Positions 54,502 to 64,000 of a DNA stretch of 64,000 bases are shown one piece after another. Both the position numbers and the translations under genes were made by a program. Position 1 is the stretch's first letter; each line of letters opens with the position of its first letter. The notes beneath the pieces were generated by a model. The model had not been told where the DNA came from, searched no databases, and saw only the letters and a program-made list of their open reading frames with translations. Source of the DNA: an uncultured Thermoleophilia bacterium. Lineage in GTDB: Bacteria > Actinomycetota > Thermoleophilia > UBA2241. The stretch is taken from the NCBI GenBank assembly GCA_903927755.1, contig CAIYOD010000013.1, positions 1,799-65,798 of the forward strand, read 5' to 3'.

Positions 54502-55482
54502 ATGAAGCGCATACGGTGGATCGCGATGGTCGCAGCTGTGATGGCGATCGCGCTGGTAGGCGTGGCGTGCGGAGGGGACGAGCCTTCGGACGGCGCCGGT
54601 GGTGACGGGACGGCGGCCCTCTCGGGCGACATCCGCATCGACGGTTCGAGCACGGTCGGCCCGCTCACCGAGGCCGCGGCGGAGTTCTTCCAAGGGGAGA
54701 ATCCCGACGTGCGCGTGACGGTCGGCATCTCGGGGACCGGCGGCGGATTCGAGAAGTTCTGCGCCGGCGAGACCGACGCCAACGACGCCTCCCGCCAGAT
54801 CGAGACGGATGAGGAAGAGCTGTGCACGACCGCGGGCGTCGAGTGGGTCGAGATGCAGGTGGCGAACGACGGTATCGCGGTCGTCATCAACCCTGAGAAC
54901 GACTGGGCGGACAACCTCACGGTCGAGCAGTTGAAGATGATCTGGAACGAGGGCAGCACGATCGACAACTGGAACCAGGTCGACCCGAGCTTCCCGGATG
55001 TCCCCCTCGAGCTCTTCGGCCCCGGCACGGACTCCGGCACGTTCGACTACTTCACCGATGCCATCAACGGTGAGGAGGGCGTCAGCCGGACCGACTACCA
55101 GGCCACCGAGGACGACAACGTCGCGGTGCAGGGCGTGGCCGGCTCCAAGGGCGGAATGGCCTATTTCGGTCTCTCCTATTACGAGCAGAACGCCGCCCAG
55201 CTGAAGGTCGTGGCGGTCGACGGCGGCAGCGGTCCCGTGACCCCGTCTCTCGAGACGGTGCAGTCCGGCGAGTACACGCCGCTCAGCAGGCCGCTCTTCA
55301 TCTATCCGTCGGCCGAGGCCCTGCAGCGCCCGGAGATGGCGGCGTTCATGCAGTTCTACCTGGACAACGCGCAGAGCATCGCCGAGCAGGCCCTGTTCGT
55401 GCCGATCACCGCCGAGCAGACCGCGGCCGCGCAGGCCGTGCTCGACGGGATCGTCGGCGGAGCATCGCCGAGCGCCGAGTAA
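54502..55482 (+). CDS. pstS: Phosphate ABC transporter substrate-binding lipoprotein
   Basis: Lipobox [33 protein letters not shown]. Confidence 0.95.
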   Translation: MKRIRWIAMVAAVMAIALVGVACGGDEPSDGAGGDGTAALSGDIRIDGSSTVGPLTEAAAEFFQGENPDVRVTVGISGTGGGFEKFCAGETDANDASRQIETDEEELCTTAGVEWVEMQVANDGIAVVINPENDWADNLTVEQLKMIWNEGSTIDNWNQVDPSFPDVPLELFGPGTDSGTFDYFTDAINGEEGVSRTDYQATEDDNVAVQGVAGSKGGMAYFGLSYYEQNAAQLKVVAVDGGSGPVTPSLETVQSGEYTPLSRPLFIYPSAEALQRPEMAAFMQFYLDNAQSIAEQALFVPITAEQTAAAQAVLDGIVGGASPSAE

Positions 55483-55489
55483 GGAAGAC

Positions 55490-56437
55490 ATGGCGGCTGT
55501 AACGACAGAGAGGCCCGTCTCCAGACCCCTCCAGGGGCTGGAGTCGGGTCGCCGCCGCTACCGCGAGAAGATCATCGTCGGCAGTCTGTTCCTGTGCGCG
55601 GCGCTCTCGATCGTCCTCACGGTCGGCATCGTGCTCGCGCTGCTGATCCCGAGCCTCGAGTTCTTCGGGCAGGTCAGCCCGGTCGAGTTCTTCACCGGGA
55701 CGGAGTGGGCGCCCCTGTTCAAGAACTCGCAGTTCGGCGTCCTGCCGCTGCTCGGGGGCACGCTCGTCGTCACGCTCATCGCCGCGGCCATCTGCCTGCC
55801 ACTCGGCCTGCTGGCGGCCATCTACCTGAGCGAGTACGCCGCCCGGAGGACGAGAAGCTTCGTCAAGCCCATCCTCGAGATCCTCGCCGGTATCCCCACA
55901 GTGGTCTACGGGTTCTTCGCCCTGACGTTCATCACGCCGCTGCTTCGGGAGAACTGGCTGTTCGGAACCCCCCCGGGGGTGTTCAACGCCCTCTCAGCCG
56001 GTCTGGTGATGGGCATCATGATCCTCCCGACCGTCGCCTCCATCTCCGAGGACGCCATGTACGCGGTGCCGCAGTCCCTGCGCGCCGGTGCGGCCGCCCT
56101 CGGCGCTACGAAGTATGAGATCTCCACACGCGTCGTCGTGCCGGCGGGTCTCTCGGGGATCATCGCCGCCTTCGTCCTGGGCATCAGCCGCGCGGTCGGC
56201 GAGACGATGATCGTGCTCATCGCCGCCGGCGGCATGCCCAACCTCACGTTCAACCCTGTGGAGGCCATGCAGACGATGACGGCCTTCATCGGGGCCGCGG
56301 GGCTCGGGGACCAGGCCACAGGCAGCATCGGCTACAAGACCATCTTCGCCGTCGGCATCAGCCTGTTCGTCATGACCCTGATCATGAACATCATCAGCAT
56401 CCGGCTGGTGAGGAAGTACCGCGAGGTCTACGATTGA
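55490..56437 (+). CDS. pstC: Phosphate ABC transporter permease
   Basis: [20 protein letters not shown]. Confidence 0.95.
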   Translation: MAAVTTERPVSRPLQGLESGRRRYREKIIVGSLFLCAALSIVLTVGIVLALLIPSLEFFGQVSPVEFFTGTEWAPLFKNSQFGVLPLLGGTLVVTLIAAAICLPLGLLAAIYLSEYAARRTRSFVKPILEILAGIPTVVYGFFALTFITPLLRENWLFGTPPGVFNALSAGLVMGIMILPTVASISEDAMYAVPQSLRAGAAALGATKYEISTRVVVPAGLSGIIAAFVLGISRAVGETMIVLIAAGGMPNLTFNPVEAMQTMTAFIGAAGLGDQATGSIGYKTIFAVGISLFVMTLIMNIISIRLVRKYREVYD

Positions 56438-57348
56438 GCACCCTGAGGACGCAGAAGGACGCATCCACGACCCCGCCGGTCTCGCTGACCAGCCGGCGTG
56501 GGTGGTGGCACCGCACCAGAGACGGGGCGTTCCGCGGCGCCGTCACGGGGAGCGTGCTGGTCGGCCTCGCCGTTCTCGTCGCGCTCATCGTGCAGAGTCT
56601 CGTCGAGGGCTGGCCCAAGCTCAACTGGAACCTCATCACGAGCTTCCCCTCGAGTTTCCCGGAGAAGGCCGGCATCCAGTCGGCCATCTTCGGGACGTTC
56701 TGGATGGTGGGCATCGTGCTCGTCGTCGCCATCCCCATCGGCGTGGGGGCGGCCATCTACATGGAGCAGTTCGCGGACACCGAGGCATGGTACAACCGGT
56801 TCATCGACGTCATCATCCAGAACCTCGCGGCCGTGCCGTCCATCGTGTACGGCATCTTGGGGCTGGCGTTCCTGGCGCGAGGCTTCCTGAACCTGGGTCC
56901 GGTCGTGCTCACCGCGGGCCTGACCCTGTCGTTCCTGGTCCTGCCGGTGGTCATCATCGCGTCGCGTGAGGCCCTCCGCGCGGTGCCGAGCTCCATCCTG
57001 GACGGCGCGCTGGCGCTCGGCGCGACGCGCTGGCAGGGGGTCAGCAGACAGGTGTTGCCGGCGGCCATCCCGGGCATCGCCACGGGCTCGATCCTCGCCG
57101 TGTCACGTGCGATCGGCGAGGCGGCGCCGCTGCTGCTGCTCGGAGCGCTGCAGTTCATCACCTTCAACCCGACGGGGTTGAACAGCTCGTTCACGGCGCT
57201 CCCCATCCAGATCTTCAACTGGGTCTCACGACCGAATGTGGGGTTCCACGTCGCCGCCGCGGCCGCCATCATCGTGCTCCTGTGCATCACCCTGCTGATG
57301 AACGCCGTGGCCATCTGGCTCCGTAATCGCTTCCAGCAGACATGGTGA
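56434..57348 (+). CDS. pstA: Phosphate ABC transporter permease
   Basis: [21 protein letters not shown]. Confidence 0.95.
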   Translation: MSTLRTQKDASTTPPVSLTSRRGWWHRTRDGAFRGAVTGSVLVGLAVLVALIVQSLVEGWPKLNWNLITSFPSSFPEKAGIQSAIFGTFWMVGIVLVVAIPIGVGAAIYMEQFADTEAWYNRFIDVIIQNLAAVPSIVYGILGLAFLARGFLNLGPVVLTAGLTLSFLVLPVVIIASREALRAVPSSILDGALALGATRWQGVSRQVLPAAIPGIATGSILAVSRAIGEAAPLLLLGALQFITFNPTGLNSSFTALPIQIFNWVSRPNVGFHVAAAAAIIVLLCITLLMNAVAIWLRNRFQQTW

Positions 57349-57356
57349 GGGTGGAG

Positions 57357-58325
<969 letters not shown>

Positions 58326-58369
58326 GACGAGGCTCTCGCGGCGGGGAGCGCCCGGTCGTGCGTGCGCCG

Positions 58370-59080
58370 TCAGGTCTGATCTGGGCCTGACCCCTCGTCG
58401 CGAGAGCGCGGCTCATCGGAGAGCTCGCGCAGCTCGCCCGTCACGAGGAACACGGTCTGCTCGGCCACATCGACGGTGTTGTCGCCGATGCGCTCGAGCG
58501 CGCGCGCGATGAGCACCATGAACATCGCCCACTCACGCAGCTCGGCGTCGTCACCGATGTCGACGGCGCGCCGGAACACCTGACGGTTGAGCTGGTCGAC
58601 CGCGGAGTCTTGCAGAGCGAGGTCTTCGGCGAGTTCGACGTTGCGAGAGATGTATGTCTCCCTGGCCTGGGCGATCTGCCGGCCGACGAGCCGCCCCATG
58701 GCCTCGATCGTCGCCACCATCTCCTCGTCCCGCGGCGACTCGTAGCCGGAGAGCGGCACCAGCGTGGCGACGTTCACACACTGGTCGCCCATCCGCTCCA
58801 GGCACCAGACGATGTGCAGCAGGGCTGCGACCAGGCGCAGGTCGCCGGCCACGGGGGCCTGACTGGCCAGGAGCGCGATCGCCTCATGGTGGATGTCGAG
58901 GTAGCGCAGGTTGATGGGGCGATCGGCGGCCACGACAAGGGCCGCAAGGCCCGCGTCGCAGCGACTCACGGCGTCCATGGCGCGGACGAGCTGTTCAGTG
59001 ACCTCGTCGAAGCCGCCCAGGGTACGCCGCTCGAGCTCCTCAAGCCGGCCGATGAAGGCTTGCCGAGTCTGGTGCACCAT
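58370..59080 (-). CDS. phoU: Phosphate signalling protein PhoU (paralog 1)
   Basis: QAPVAGDLR, LERMGD, LERIGD. Confidence 0.88.
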   Translation of the reverse strand: MVHQTRQAFIGRLEELERRTLGGFDEVTEQLVRAMDAVSRCDAGLAALVVAADRPINLRYLDIHHEAIALLASQAPVAGDLRLVAALLHIVWCLERMGDQCVNVATLVPLSGYESPRDEEMVATIEAMGRLVGRQIAQARETYISRNVELAEDLALQDSAVDQLNRQVFRRAVDIGDDAELREWAMFMVLIARALERIGDNTVDVAEQTVFLVTGELRELSDEPRSRDEGSGPDQT

Positions 59081-59255
59081 GGGTCTGGCCTTACCCTTGC
59101 GAGCCGAACGGCACGCCCAGGCGAGCGCTCCACTTCCGCGCCGCTGATCGCCTTGCACCCATGTACACCTCCACGGAGAGGACGAGGCTCAAGGATAAGC
59201 GGCGCCTGTTTGCGTCGCATGAGGCTGGAGCCGCTGGTCGCCCCCTGCCCTCGCG

Positions 59256-59653
59256 CTACCACGCGGCTTGCCTGCGACCCGGTGTGCCGCCTTCCATCGC
59301 GCCATGGGCTTCGCTCCTCTGCAGGGCGACACGGTGGTCGACGGCCTGCAGATGAGGCGGGATCACGTCGGCGAAGACGGCCACCGCATCGTCTTCCGTG
59401 GCCGGGTCGGCCTCAACGCCGCAGAGGCCGACGCGGAGGCTGTGGCGGTAGCTGCCGCACGACGGGCAGTCGACGCCGCATGGCGCGCCCTGCCGCGGGG
59501 AACCGCTACGAGCAGTTCCTCGTGGCACGCCTCACAGGCGAGCCGGACGGTCAAGGATGTTCCCGCCGCGGAGGCCGGCGGCGGGCCGGCGTCACTCTCT
59601 GATGACACCGGCCCGCTCGGCCCCTGCTTCGAGGGGCCTCGGCTTGCCGTCAT
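59256..59653 (-). pseudogene. Putative zinc-ribbon protein split by a 1-nt frameshift (or assembly indel)
   Basis: CEAC in one frame and CPSC in the adjacent frame, joined if a C is added at the run at 59497-59500; start overlaps the upstream small ORF by ATGA. Confidence 0.4.
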
Positions 59654-59817
59654 CGTCCGCGGTCACGGGGGGACGCCACGGACTCGGCCGGCTCTTCGCG
59701 ATCGTGCGCGCCTCTCGCCTCGGCCTCGCGCAGCTCACGCCGGCGCTCCTGCTCTGTCAGCGCGGAGGTACGGACGCTGCGGAGCTGACGCCGGATCTTC
59801 ATGCTTCTGGTGATCAT
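59650..59817 (-). CDS. Small charged hypothetical protein
   Basis: MITRSMKIRRQLRSVRTSALTEQERRRELREAEARG..., ATGA-coupled to the downstream ORF. Confidence 0.35.
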   Translation of the reverse strand: MITRSMKIRRQLRSVRTSALTEQERRRELREAEARGAHDREEPAESVASPRDRGR

Positions 59818-59922
59818 GGCCACAGTCTGCCCGCGCCCTGTTAGGAAGACGTGAGCGGGGCGATTCAACGCTGCGAACGCGGCCGCATTCGCCTGGAGCC
59901 GTCGCCGCACGGCTCGTCGACG

Positions 59923-59950
59923 GCTGACGCTGCGCTAACCGTCCGCTAAC
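59923..59950 (+). promoter_or_regulatory. Putative triple Pho box upstream of phoU2
   Basis: GCTGAC (59923), GCTAAC (59934), GCTAAC (59945), 11-bp period. Confidence 0.7.
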
Positions 59951-60060
59951 ACCCGGGAGGTACGTTTCTCCACGCGGCGGCGTGTACGCGCGACGCTGGC
60001 CTTCAACGGTCGCGACAGTCTGTCGGCCGAGGTGGGCATCTGCCGAGGCCCGAGGGGACG

Positions 60061-60783
60061 ATGAGACATCTGCAGCGTGAGATAGACCGGCTCAAGCGCA
60101 AAGTCCTGGCGCTGGGCGCGCTCGTGGAAGAGAACCTGCGCCTCGCCTTCCAGGCAATCGAGCAGCGCGACTCGGCGAAGGCGCGGCGCGTGATCGCGAC
60201 CGACGAGCTGATCGACCAGAGCGAGGTCGACGTCGAGGAGGAGTGCCTCAAGATCCTCGCGCTCTACCAGCCGGTGGCCGGCGACCTGCGCTTCGTGGCC
60301 GCGGTCATCAAGATCAACAGCGAGCTGGAGCGCATCGGAGACCTCTCCGCCAACATCGCCGAGCGCGCTCTCCAACTCGTGGACGAACACCCGGTGGCCG
60401 TGCCTCTTCGCGTCGCCGTGATGGCTGATCGCACGCGGGCGATTCTCGAGAGGGCGCTCGATGCCCTCGTCCGCCAGGATGCGGTGATGGCGCGTGAGGT
60501 CCTGGTCGCGGATGACGAGGTCGATGAGCTCTACGCTGAACTCATCGACGAGCTCAAGGGCGTGATCCGCGGGGACCTCGAACATCTCGACGCGATCGTG
60601 CTGCTGTTCAGCGTTGCGCGCTATCTCGAGCGGCTGGCGGATCACGCCACCAACATCGCCGAGGACGTCCTCTATATGGTCGAGGGCGAGATCCAGCGGC
60701 ACAACCAGGCGGCGGTGGCGCCGGGGACCGCCGAGGAACTCCTGGAGCTCGGCGACCTGGGGTGCGGCGACCAGCCCGACTGA
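60061..60783 (+). CDS. phoU: Phosphate signalling protein PhoU (paralog 2)
   Basis: YQPVAGDLR, ELERIGD, LERLADHATNIAE. Confidence 0.93.
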   Translation: MRHLQREIDRLKRKVLALGALVEENLRLAFQAIEQRDSAKARRVIATDELIDQSEVDVEEECLKILALYQPVAGDLRFVAAVIKINSELERIGDLSANIAERALQLVDEHPVAVPLRVAVMADRTRAILERALDALVRQDAVMAREVLVADDEVDELYAELIDELKGVIRGDLEHLDAIVLLFSVARYLERLADHATNIAEDVLYMVEGEIQRHNQAAVAPGTAEELLELGDLGCGDQPD

Positions 60784-60882
60784 CGTTTGGCCAGCCTTCC
60801 CGGCACGCCGGTCCTCCGGCGCTTGGCGGGCAGAGGCGGCCCGGGCCTTCCCTACCAGGCCCGGGCCGTCGCTCGTACGGAG

Positions 60883-62367
60883 CTACTTGACCTTGACGGT
60901 CGTGACTGGTGACTTCGCCTTGAAGCTGGAGAAGTAGTACTTGGTCGTCGCGATGGGGCTCACCGTCTCGCTGTAGGCCGAGTAGTGCGCCTTGTAGCCG
61001 CCGGGCAGGCTCTCCGACTTGCGGGTGGTGGTGACGCCGCGAGTCTGCCATTTGCCGCCGTAGTAGGAATGCAGGTACACCTTGCCGCCCTCGGCGAGGG
61101 CTGGGTAGATGCGCCCGCTCAGCGTGACACTCCCACCCGAAGCGATGCTGGCGCCGTCGCGAGCCGCGGGAGTGATCCCCATACTCGTGGAGATGACCCA
61201 AGCGCTGTTGAGTCCGAGCTTGACACGCAGGGAGCCGCCGTCGATGAACCTGGTGCCGCCGCTGCCGATGATCGCGGCCTTGACGATGCGCGGCGAGGTG
61301 CCGCGCTTGAGCGTGTACACCGCGCGCAGCGAGCCGGCCGCGCCGAGAGGGCCGCCGACTTGGGCGGGTGTGCGGCGCAGCGGACCCCAGTCGTGCAGCG
61401 TGCCGTAGTGGTCGTAGGGGTCGTCGACGCCCTTGAGGTATGGGTAGGTGCCACCCCACACGTACTTGACGTCCTCCGTCTCCCCGCCGGAGCAGGAGAA
61501 GTACACGGCCACGATGGGCTTGCCTTTGTAGGTGGGGCACACGCCGGCAGTCTCCTTGACTGCCGTGCTCGTGCGGGTCTTCTCGATGCCGATGCCCATG
61601 TACGCCTGATCGCGCACGTCGCAGTAGACGTCCCACGACTTGCCGGGCTGCTTGTTGCCGAGGGCGAAGGCGCGCGCGGCGCAGGCCTGCGCCTTGAGCG
61701 CGTCCATCGGCCAGGTGTAGGGCACCTCGTGCGGGACGACGCCCCGGAGGTAGCTCTCGAGCGGCACGTGGTTGATCATCATGAGCCCGCCGCCGCCGCT
61801 CACCACGCGGATCGCGCCGCGGTAGGCGCCGTCGTCGCCGAGGTCGGTCGTGGTGATGAGCTTGAGCGCGCCGGAGGAGGGCGTGAAGGTCGGCGCGCCG
61901 GTGTACGTCTTGCGCAGGGACCCCGCAGCGACCTTGTAGCCGAGGCTGGAGGAGGTGACCGTGGCCGTGGTGCCGCCGGGGATCGTGGTGGCGGCGCCCG
62001 TGCCCTCCACGGTGTAGTCGCTGGCGCACGTGAGCCTGACGGCGCTGAGGCCACTGCGAAGGTTGACGCGGACCACCGAGTCGTCGACGGTCGTGAAGCC
62101 GATGCCGGTGTAGTAGTGCTTGAGGATGGCCTTGTACTCCCAGCCGTGCTTGGCATAGCCGTAGGCGCCCCACTGCGACATGCCGACGCCATGACCCCAG
62201 CCGTGGCCGGTGATGGTGAACGCGTACTGGGTGGAGAGGGCGGCGGCAGGCGCGGCGGCCACGAGCAGGACGAGCAGGACGAGGATGCCGGCGAGCGCCA
62301 GCCTGCTCCGGCGGCCGAGGGCACGCGGCGCGCAGTGGGGTGCGGATGTGGGTCGTGAGGTGTGCAT
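60883..62367 (-). CDS. SpoIID/LytB domain protein (secreted lytic transglycosylase)
   Basis: GWGHGVGMSQWGA, LESYLRGVVPHE, ALKAQACAAR, YFSCSGGET, YLKGVDDP; start could be 62463. Confidence 0.88.
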   Translation of the reverse strand: MHTSRPTSAPHCAPRALGRRSRLALAGILVLLVLLVAAAPAAALSTQYAFTITGHGWGHGVGMSQWGAYGYAKHGWEYKAILKHYYTGIGFTTVDDSVVRVNLRSGLSAVRLTCASDYTVEGTGAATTIPGGTTATVTSSSLGYKVAAGSLRKTYTGAPTFTPSSGALKLITTTDLGDDGAYRGAIRVVSGGGGLMMINHVPLESYLRGVVPHEVPYTWPMDALKAQACAARAFALGNKQPGKSWDVYCDVRDQAYMGIGIEKTRTSTAVKETAGVCPTYKGKPIVAVYFSCSGGETEDVKYVWGGTYPYLKGVDDPYDHYGTLHDWGPLRRTPAQVGGPLGAAGSLRAVYTLKRGTSPRIVKAAIIGSGGTRFIDGGSLRVKLGLNSAWVISTSMGITPAARDGASIASGGSVTLSGRIYPALAEGGKVYLHSYYGGKWQTRGVTTTRKSESLPGGYKAHYSAYSETVSPIATTKYYFSSFKAKSPVTTVKVK

Positions 62368-62640
62368 GGGCTCCCGAGGCAATGACGCCTCCTCGTTCGA
62401 GGATACCGCGCCCCGCGCGCGCGGGGCAAACGGCGGTGGGTCGGTCAGGACTGCTTCTGGCATCGGCCCCGTTCTCCTTTCCTTGAGTCGGGGCCGGCCG
62501 GAGAGCACCGACGTTGTGCCCGTGCTACCCTCTACGGCCAGCACAGGGGAAACGCCCGGCCGGCGGCGAAATCGTGGCCAGGCCTACCAGGCAGGGCCGC
62601 TCAAGCCACCGGCCCTTTCGCCGATAGCACTCGAACAGCC

Positions 62641-63954
62641 ATGAGCCCACGACTCATCCTCTTTCGCAGTCTCGCCATCCTCGCCCTCTCGGCGGCGACG
62701 CTGCTCGCCCTCGCGGCGCCCGCGCCGGCGAAAGCCTACGAGGACGTCGCCAAGTCGCACTGGGCGCACGCCTACATCGCCTCCGTGACCAACCGCGCGG
62801 ACGCCGGGCACCGGTTGCTTGACGACTACGGCACACTCTTCAAGCCGGAGCGCGCCATCACGAGAGAGCTCCTGGCGCGCTCCCTCGTCCTCGCCTCGGG
62901 CCACTACGGCGAGAGCATCAAGCCGGTCGAGATCGCCGACGTGCCCAAGGGTCACCGGTACTACAGCGTCATCCAGCTGGCCGTGCACCAGGGCTACATT
63001 GGGCTGGACAACGACGGCAACTTCCGGCCTGCGGAGACGGTCGCGACCGCCGCCGCGGAGACCGCTGTGGTCCGCTGGCTCAAAGAGAAGTACTCCTCGT
63101 ACGACTGGTCGCTGCTCAGCACGCTGGCTCCGTCGCGCTGGCAGCCCAACCCCGGGTGGAAGACCGGCGCGCCTTCCTACCTCCCGGCCGTGCTCGCGTC
63201 CCGACAGCTCGAACTGCGGTTCAATCACCCGACCGGTGATGACGGGCACGAGACGCTGCCGGACGAGCCGATTGACCGTGCCGAGGTCGCGTACATGTTC
63301 TACCGCGCGTACAAGGTGGCGAGTGACTGGCAGTTGTACGGCCTCGCCGGGTTCAAGACCATCACCTTCCCCCCGCTCAGCGACCGGCAGAAGCAGATCG
63401 CGAAGTTCGCGCTGAAGTTCGTCGGCTACCCGTACATCTGGGCGGGCGAGTACCCGACGCCCAACTCGCCCTACGGCACGCAGAAGTCCGGCGGGTTCGA
63501 CTGCTCCGGGTTCGTCTTCTACGTGATGAAGATGCACTTCGGCTACGACAGCATCACCGTGAACCAGCGCGGCGCTCACGATATGGCGGCCGTCGCCAAG
63601 CCGCGTATCACCCGCGACAAGCTCAAGTGCGGCGACCTGATCTTCTTCGGGCCCAAGGGCACGAAGTCCAGCGTGAACTCCATCTACCACGCCGGGCTGT
63701 ACCTGGGGCGCGGGTGGTTCATCCACTCCACCGGCTCGAGCGACGGAGTGACGGTGGGATCGCTGAGCACCTCCAGTTACTACAAGTCGATGTTCGCCTG
63801 GGGCCGCCGTGTGCTCAAGACGTCGGAGCTCGTCCCCCCTTCGCCTTCACCTTCGCCGTCGCCCTCGGGCGCTCCGGCCGCCGCTCCGGCGTCGGATGCC
63901 TCGCCGGCAGCTTCGGCGCCCGCGTCGCCGGCGCCGACCCCGACCCAGCCCTGA
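62641..63954 (+). CDS. SLH-domain NlpC/P60 peptidoglycan peptidase
   Basis: Signal peptide; YEDVAKSHWA, FKPERAITR, ADVPKGHRYY (SLH-like); GYPYIWAG, FDCSGFV, HAGLYLG..FIHS; Pro/Ser tail. Confidence 0.88.
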   Translation: MSPRLILFRSLAILALSAATLLALAAPAPAKAYEDVAKSHWAHAYIASVTNRADAGHRLLDDYGTLFKPERAITRELLARSLVLASGHYGESIKPVEIADVPKGHRYYSVIQLAVHQGYIGLDNDGNFRPAETVATAAAETAVVRWLKEKYSSYDWSLLSTLAPSRWQPNPGWKTGAPSYLPAVLASRQLELRFNHPTGDDGHETLPDEPIDRAEVAYMFYRAYKVASDWQLYGLAGFKTITFPPLSDRQKQIAKFALKFVGYPYIWAGEYPTPNSPYGTQKSGGFDCSGFVFYVMKMHFGYDSITVNQRGAHDMAAVAKPRITRDKLKCGDLIFFGPKGTKSSVNSIYHAGLYLGRGWFIHSTGSSDGVTVGSLSTSSYYKSMFAWGRRVLKTSELVPPSPSPSPSPSGAPAAAPASDASPAASAPASPAPTPTQP

Positions 63955-64000
63955 CCCTCCGCGCCTCGCTCCGGCGGTAACGGTGACTTCGCGCGCGTCG

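Noticed and set aside
62370-62640. c-di-AMP (ydaO) riboswitch upstream of the cell-wall hydrolases
   Set aside because: Hallmark GCTGAATCC/GGGGAACC/CAGCTAAC elements are absent; only a GGCCCCG/CGGGGCC hairpin around an SD-like tract

Overview
High-GC, gene-dense bacterial chromosomal segment. Inferred to be an actinobacterium with anaerobic traits, possibly Thermoleophilia-like: many leaderless -10/start arrangements, a DtxR-type operator, rubrerythrins, FeoAB and selenoproteins. No rRNA, tRNA, CRISPR array or mobile element was recognised. Contents: MFS and ABC exporters and redox enzymes (1-9.7 kb); a ModE + NTPase + ECF-transporter locus with several exported sulfite-oxidase-fold proteins lacking the Mo-ligand Cys and an S-component/phosphodiesterase fusion, centred on a ModE-type operator and abutting a selenocysteine formate dehydrogenase (10-20.8 kb; the best candidate for an undescribed system, hypothesised to scavenge Mo/W-pterin cofactor); hydrolases, agmatine deiminase, DUF2207, tandem rubrerythrins, a SurA-like lipoprotein and a second probable selenoprotein (Uxx* glutaredoxin); metal-homeostasis genes (ArsR + P1B ATPase, FeoAB + Cys-rich peptide, MntH); a full Pho locus (phoP-phoR, pstSCAB, two phoU) with GCTAAC 11-bp-period boxes; and a divergent SpoIID / SLH-NlpC/P60 pair. 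All family assignments come from motif recognition by eye, not database searches.
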